Shown: positions 19,781 through 24,235 of the stretch, piece after piece
Layout: the number at the start of each line of letters is the position of its first letter
Position numbering within the stretch: the stretch's first letter is position 1
Origin: Patellaria atrata CBS 101060
Taxonomy: Eukaryota
NCBI GenBank assembly: GCA_010093705.1
Contig: MU006090.1
Span: 1,949,817 to 1,974,051, forward strand
Reading direction: 5' to 3'
DNA: 24,235 nt
Made by a program: the position numbers and the translations under genes
Notes under the pieces: generated by a model
Told to the model about the DNA's origin: nothing
What the model saw: the letters and a program-made list of their open reading frames with translations, nothing else
Database searches by the model: none

Positions 19781-22233
19781 ATGCCTTCCATTTCTCTATG
19801 CGCTCACAAGAGAAGGGTATTCGACGAGTTGTCTGCTCTTGATGACGATGAGGTCGAAATTGAGCAGGAGGATGACGGTCTTAATGAGTCCATGCAGTTT
19901 CTTAGTGCTTCTCGAAAGAGGAGAAGAATCGCGAAGGAATCCGCAATTGGGAATAAGAACAAGCCCAATGCAGCTCAGCTGGGACAACCTATACTAATCT
20001 CCAACATACGGCGTACAGTTTCGCTGCCCGAACCACACTCAACGGAGGAGACTTTCAAACCTGCGCCTGAAACATTCAGGCGCAAAGAGCCTCGAGAAGT
20101 ACAGCAGGGAGTGACAGTAGTTAAGAATACGCCAGTGCAACCCATCCACAGGCTACGACCGATCCCATCGTCGCACAGCTTCAGCATTGTTAAGGATACA
20201 CCTACTCGGACTGACGCAGATGTTAACCTCGGGGGTACCCTGGTGCATGACGAAGACATAGTGACCAAAGAGACACCTACATCTTCGGTTCCAAAATGGA
20301 ATCCTCCTCGATTGGTTCAGTCAGTTTCCGCACCGGTCTTATCCGCATCCACGCCAACCTCGTCTATCCCGATGATGAAAGGGAAGAGAAACAAGGGTAA
20401 GGAAGAAAAAATAGTAAAGCAACCTGAAGCTCGACAAGTCTTCAAGGGAATGTACTTCTGTAAGCAATCATCAACCCAATCATTGATCCATGCGTTGACA
20501 AAGAGTAAGACTTTTATCCCAATAACACCATCAACGAAGTTCGCCGAGTAAGAATTATCAAGGCCATCGAATTCGGCGCTGAATGGGTCAAAGACTGGCA
20601 AGAAGGTATTACTCATGTAGTAGTAAGCAAAGGTCACACGTACCCACACCTCCTTAAATTTCTCAAGATGCCGTCACTACCTGTAAGTCCCATTGTAACT
20701 AACGATAACAAATAGCTAATGTGTTAGATCGATATCGTTGTGGTTAATGACGACTTCATTCCTGGTTGTATTGAGTATCGAGGCCTGATGAGTATGGAAA
20801 CTCTCAAAGATATTCACCAAGTTGAGGGGCATAAAACAAATATGGCACCTCCTGACATACCGTCATCCAGTCCAGATACGCGAAGATCGTTGCAAATAAA
20901 ACCATCGAAGAAGCAAATGCAACCATCCCAGACCCCGTCTGTGACGGAGCAGAGTAGCCTTGAGGTTGCTCACGCCTTGAGAGCAGCTGATGAACGCTCC
21001 CTCGCTCAACTACCGACGGGAGCAGCTGATCCTTTATTTGAACTTATGAAAGAAGCTAAGGAGCTGCAGGAATTACCTATTGATACTGAGGATGAGGATT
21101 CCAACGCAGCGATCAGCCCTATCGAAGATGACTCAGACGAGTCATCTCCAAAGAAAGGATCTAAGGCTAGTGCATCAAGAGATGGGAACTCGTGGCAAGA
21201 TAATTTTCAATGCATGCACAAGAACACCGGTATGGGTGGTTCGGATAATCCGAATGCTCGCACTATTCAAGTCTTACAGCAAATGTGCGAGTACTATAAT
21301 AAAATGCAAGATCAATGGCGGACTATCGCATATCGCAAGGCAATTGCTAGTCTTCGCAAGGAGACCAAGAAAATCTCTACACGGAAGGAAGCTCGGAATC
21401 TCCCTTACGTGGGGGAACGACTTGCGGCGAAAATCGAGGAGATATTCTTTACAGATAGATTACGCCGGCTGGACAACGCACAGCAAGAACCTACAGACGC
21501 TGTGTTACAGATGTTTATGAAGATTTATGGTGTTGGATTCTCCCAAGCATCCAAGTGGGTTAACCAGGGTTACAGAAGTCTCGAGGATTTATCAGCTCGG
21601 GCAAAGCTTACTGAGAATCAGAGGATCGGTATTCGGCATTTTGAAGACTTCAATAGTAGGATCCCTAGAAAGGAGGTGGAACAGCATGGTAAGATCGTGC
21701 GAGAAACGCTCCAAGCAATGGATCCGGCATTTGAGATTACCATCATGGGATCTTACAGGCGTGGGATGAAGGATTCTGGGGACATCGACCTCATCATCAC
21801 CAAGAAAAACGCTAGTCTCCAAGATATCCGGAGCATAGTCATCACTACACTTGTGCCCAAGCTGTCAGCGTTCGGTTTCTTGAAGGCGGGACTAGCGACA
21901 ATGTATAATGACAGCGGAAGTAAATGGCACGGTGCTTCAGTCCTACCAGGATCTAAAGTGTGGCGGCGAATCGACCTTTTACTCGTCCCTTGGAATGAGA
22001 TTGGGGCGGCCATGCTCTATTTCACAGGTAATGATATCTTTAATCGGAGTATCAGACTTCTGGCCAGCAAGAAGGGCATGCGTCTTAATCAACGAGGGTT
22101 GTACAAGGACGTATCTCGTGGACAGAACCGTCAGAAGCTTACGGAGGGTACCTTGGTGGAGAGCCGAAGTGAGAGAAAGATATTTCAGATCCTGGGTGTG
22201 CCTTGGAGAGATCCAGTACACCGTATTTGTTGA
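19781..22233 (+). CDS. POL4: Family X DNA polymerase lambda (Pol4-like) with BRCT domain, ~785 aa. Exons 19781-20459, 20510-20682, 20728-22233
   Basis: ATG at 19781 in a good context (ACCATCATG). The BRCT region FKGMYFYFYPNN...RIIKAIEFGAEWVKDWQEGITHVVV is restored by 50-nt and 45-nt introns. Also present: lyase domain DQWRTIAYRKAIASLR, HhH LPYVGERLAAKIEEI, and catalytic motifs GSYRRGMKDSGDIDLII, RRIDLL and YFTG. Confidence 0.95.
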
Positions 22234-23223
22234 TAGCCTTTGGAAGAAGCTTTGGGAAGTTTGCCTCCTTGGTTCAGGGTATGGACGGCCTAATCACCTA
22301 ATAGAGTTTATAGGGCATCTTGGATAAGGTAGAAATAGCAGGTTCCTGCATTAGCTGGCAAGCTTCGCCACATATATAGCTCTGAGAGTGGGTGGGCATG
22401 TGATGAATGGATGAACGCTTTGAGAATACATAGGGCTTGAAGCGGAGAGTAGGAGGTGAGCTTTCCAAAATGATAAGCCCCACGATGATCCTTCCAGCAG
22501 CCACTATGGTGTGTATGGTCATGCTTTGCTACCTTGGCCAAATTCACCGTTAAGTACTGGACCGATCTCATCCGTCCCCCTAGTTTGTCTTCTCACCGCA
22601 AGTCAATCCCCAATTCATACTGTTTTGGGTCAGAAAGAGTCGGATATTTTGTACGGAAGTATAGAATATCTCATCCTGATCTCTGTTTCTTCTCCATCCC
22701 ACTTGAAACATGATCGAATACATACTTTCACGCATCTGGGTGTTACCGCCCTCTAACCCTCTTCATCGAGGGACATCAACTCCCCCGCTTAAGGTAGCCA
22801 ACTGTGGCCGCAATAAATAAGCAAAACAAAGGCAACCTAAAAGGTCCCCCGCGCCGTGTTAGTGGTCAAAAGTGATGGTTCTCTCTTCCCTTAGTTCCTA
22901 ATCCCCTAAGCGATTCGCAGTGTGGCCAACGATCCGTATCGATAAGGTATTAGTATTCTCGGTATTTCATCGGTATTGTATCGAATATCATAATACCTTA
23001 ACAATACTCTTGGCATTTTAAGATTTTTTAATATTCTTTAGAATTCAACTAAAATATTATCGTTTTCTTAGAAATTTAATTAAAATAAAGATACTCTTCG
23101 TACGAAGGGATTATATAGCTATGAATAACATCTATAGCTGTTCTAAGATAGAAGGCACGAGGGCGTGCCTACGTGCCTGCCTGTCCACCTGTCTACTGGC
23201 CCACCTGCCTACCTGCCAATTTG

Positions 23224-23351
23224 TATAAAATACATCTTTTTTTTGAATTTCTCTTCTTCTCTTCTTCTCTCCTTCTCAATCTTTGATTTTAGTAACTCAA
23301 AGTGTAAGTACTCAGCTTAAACCTATCGTACGAAGGCTAATAAGACTATAG
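23224..23351 (+). promoter_or_regulatory. Core promoter (TATAAAA and CT-rich tract) plus a 48-nt 5'UTR intron for the DUF3716-like gene
   Basis: TATAAAA at 23224-23230; CT-rich run at ~23248-23277; intron GTAAGT (23304)...GCTAAT (23336)...TAG (23351), ending 1 nt before the ATG at 23353. Confidence 0.65.
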
Positions 23352-23352
23352 T

Positions 23353-23873
23353 ATGGCCAATACGCAAGTAGTTCTCTATAACCCAGCGATCACGGCTGCC
23401 GCTCACGCGAACCGCAACCCGGTGCTACTCGTAACACAGCAGCAATTGGCTCCGTGGTGTCACAGCCCACAGAATAGAGCACTTCTGGCCGTCGGTGGAG
23501 GTGTTGATGTTGAGTTCGTACGTGACTCTATCACACCGAGCAGATTGGATCTCATAGGCAGTCATATGTCAATGGGATTCTTATCCAGTCTCGTGGAGGT
23601 GACGTTGATCCTTGTGCGGCTTGTCGTACGAGAGATTTCCGTCCCTTCCTTAGTTGTCACCGCGCTGAGGGACACTTTGGCGGAACATGCGCCAACTGCA
23701 AATGGCGCGACCATACAGCACGCTGTTCCGTACGAGCTGGTGGTCCAGATAAGCCTGCTCAAGGAGCCAGGGTGCTTGGACCTGGTTCAGGGGTTGACGG
23801 AGCTGACGGCACCGCCCCTGGGAATGCTATTGTGCTGGATGACGATGAGGGGCTACTCCCCAAAATGCTATAA
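23353..23873 (+). pseudogene. DUF3716-like six-cysteine (zinc-cluster-like) small protein gene with the reading frame split near 23537 (frameshift, or a 44-nt intron at 23518-23561)
   Basis: The ATG frame gives MANTQVVLYNP...RALLAVGGGVDVEFVRDSITP. A different frame continues EQIGSHRQSYVNGILIQSRGGDVDPCAACRTRDFRPFLSCHRAEGHFGGTCANCKWRDHTARCSVR...GNAIVLDDDEGLLPKML* (TAA 23871-23873). The SYxNxILIQSRG...PC..C...PF..C....GHFGGxCxNCKWRDH..RCS pattern matches DUF3716 as I recall it; not HMM-verified. Confidence 0.7.
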
Positions 23874-24235
23874 TCATTGGTTGAGCAGAGCTTCGTACGA
23901 AGTATTCTTTGGCGTTTAAGCGTTCTGGCGTTTCGGTGTTCTGCTTTGCCTAGCTATCCAGGGCTGTTGGTAGCACTCAGACGTGATCTGTACCTTTACG
24001 TGTGTCTGAGATCAGTAGCCATTAGGTGAAACTAAACAAATCGTACGAACCTTTCAATAAATTTTTTTGTTTTGCCCAATGTTTAAGACATTCAGTATGT
24101 TCTAACTCTCTTGAACTTAAGCGTGATCTTTCCCATGATACCGTACGACGAGCTGCTGAAAACACTCGTTCTGGTTCATCGCTCATTGCTGGAATTGAGA
24201 GGATCTCAATTGCAAGTATAGATAATCGTGGAAAC

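Larger units (their letters stand above)
22937..24235. mobile_element. Putative accessory/mobile segment; left part only, runs off the right edge, boundary approximate
   Basis: Abrupt shift to AT-rich, TpA-rich DNA with a hairpin at 22943-23000, strong local enrichment of CGTACG and a frame-split DUF3716-like gene. No transposase, terminal repeat pair or target-site duplication is visible. Confidence 0.4.

Noticed and set aside
22298..22756. Short ORFs downstream of Pol lambda
   Set aside because: No recognisable motifs or consistent splice structure; probably 3'UTR or intergenic.
23353..23919. 188-aa ORF taken at face value as a hydrophobic protein
   Set aside because: After ~aa 62 the conserved-looking cysteine domain is in another frame, so the C-terminal two-thirds is likely off-frame translation.
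24193..24211. Hairpin AATTGAGA-GGA-TCTCAATT as a Helitron end or terminator
   Set aside because: AT-rich 8-bp stem with no downstream CTRR terminus; compatible with chance.

Overview
Genomic DNA of a filamentous ascomycete (Pezizomycotina), judged from short GT-AG introns with CTRAY branch points and the gene content. About 22.3 kb is a dense block of six core genes: a mitochondrial carrier of the Hem25/SLC25A38 type (-, runs off the left edge), an intronless ~2295-aa disordered/coiled-coil protein with 4-5 PAM2-like motifs (+), the proteasome chaperone Nas6/gankyrin (+, 7 exons), a TMF1/Sgm1 golgin (-, 3 exons), SCAP/Scp1 (-, 4 exons) and DNA polymerase lambda/Pol4 (+, 3 exons). From ~22.9 kb to the right edge the sequence changes character. 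An AT-rich strip with a hairpin is followed by a promoter, a 5'UTR intron and a frame-split gene for a small six-cysteine DUF3716-like protein that the ORF track misses. Eight CGTACG palindromes lie in ~1.05 kb there, and two perfect CTTCGTACGAAG copies bracket the gene. The main leads are this candidate accessory/mobile module, the Upa2-like multi-PAM2 architecture of the giant protein, and a uORF cluster in the SCAP leader whose in-frame stop abuts the SCAP start (TAG-ATG). All exon models were built by hand, and family assignments come from recalled motifs, not from database searches.
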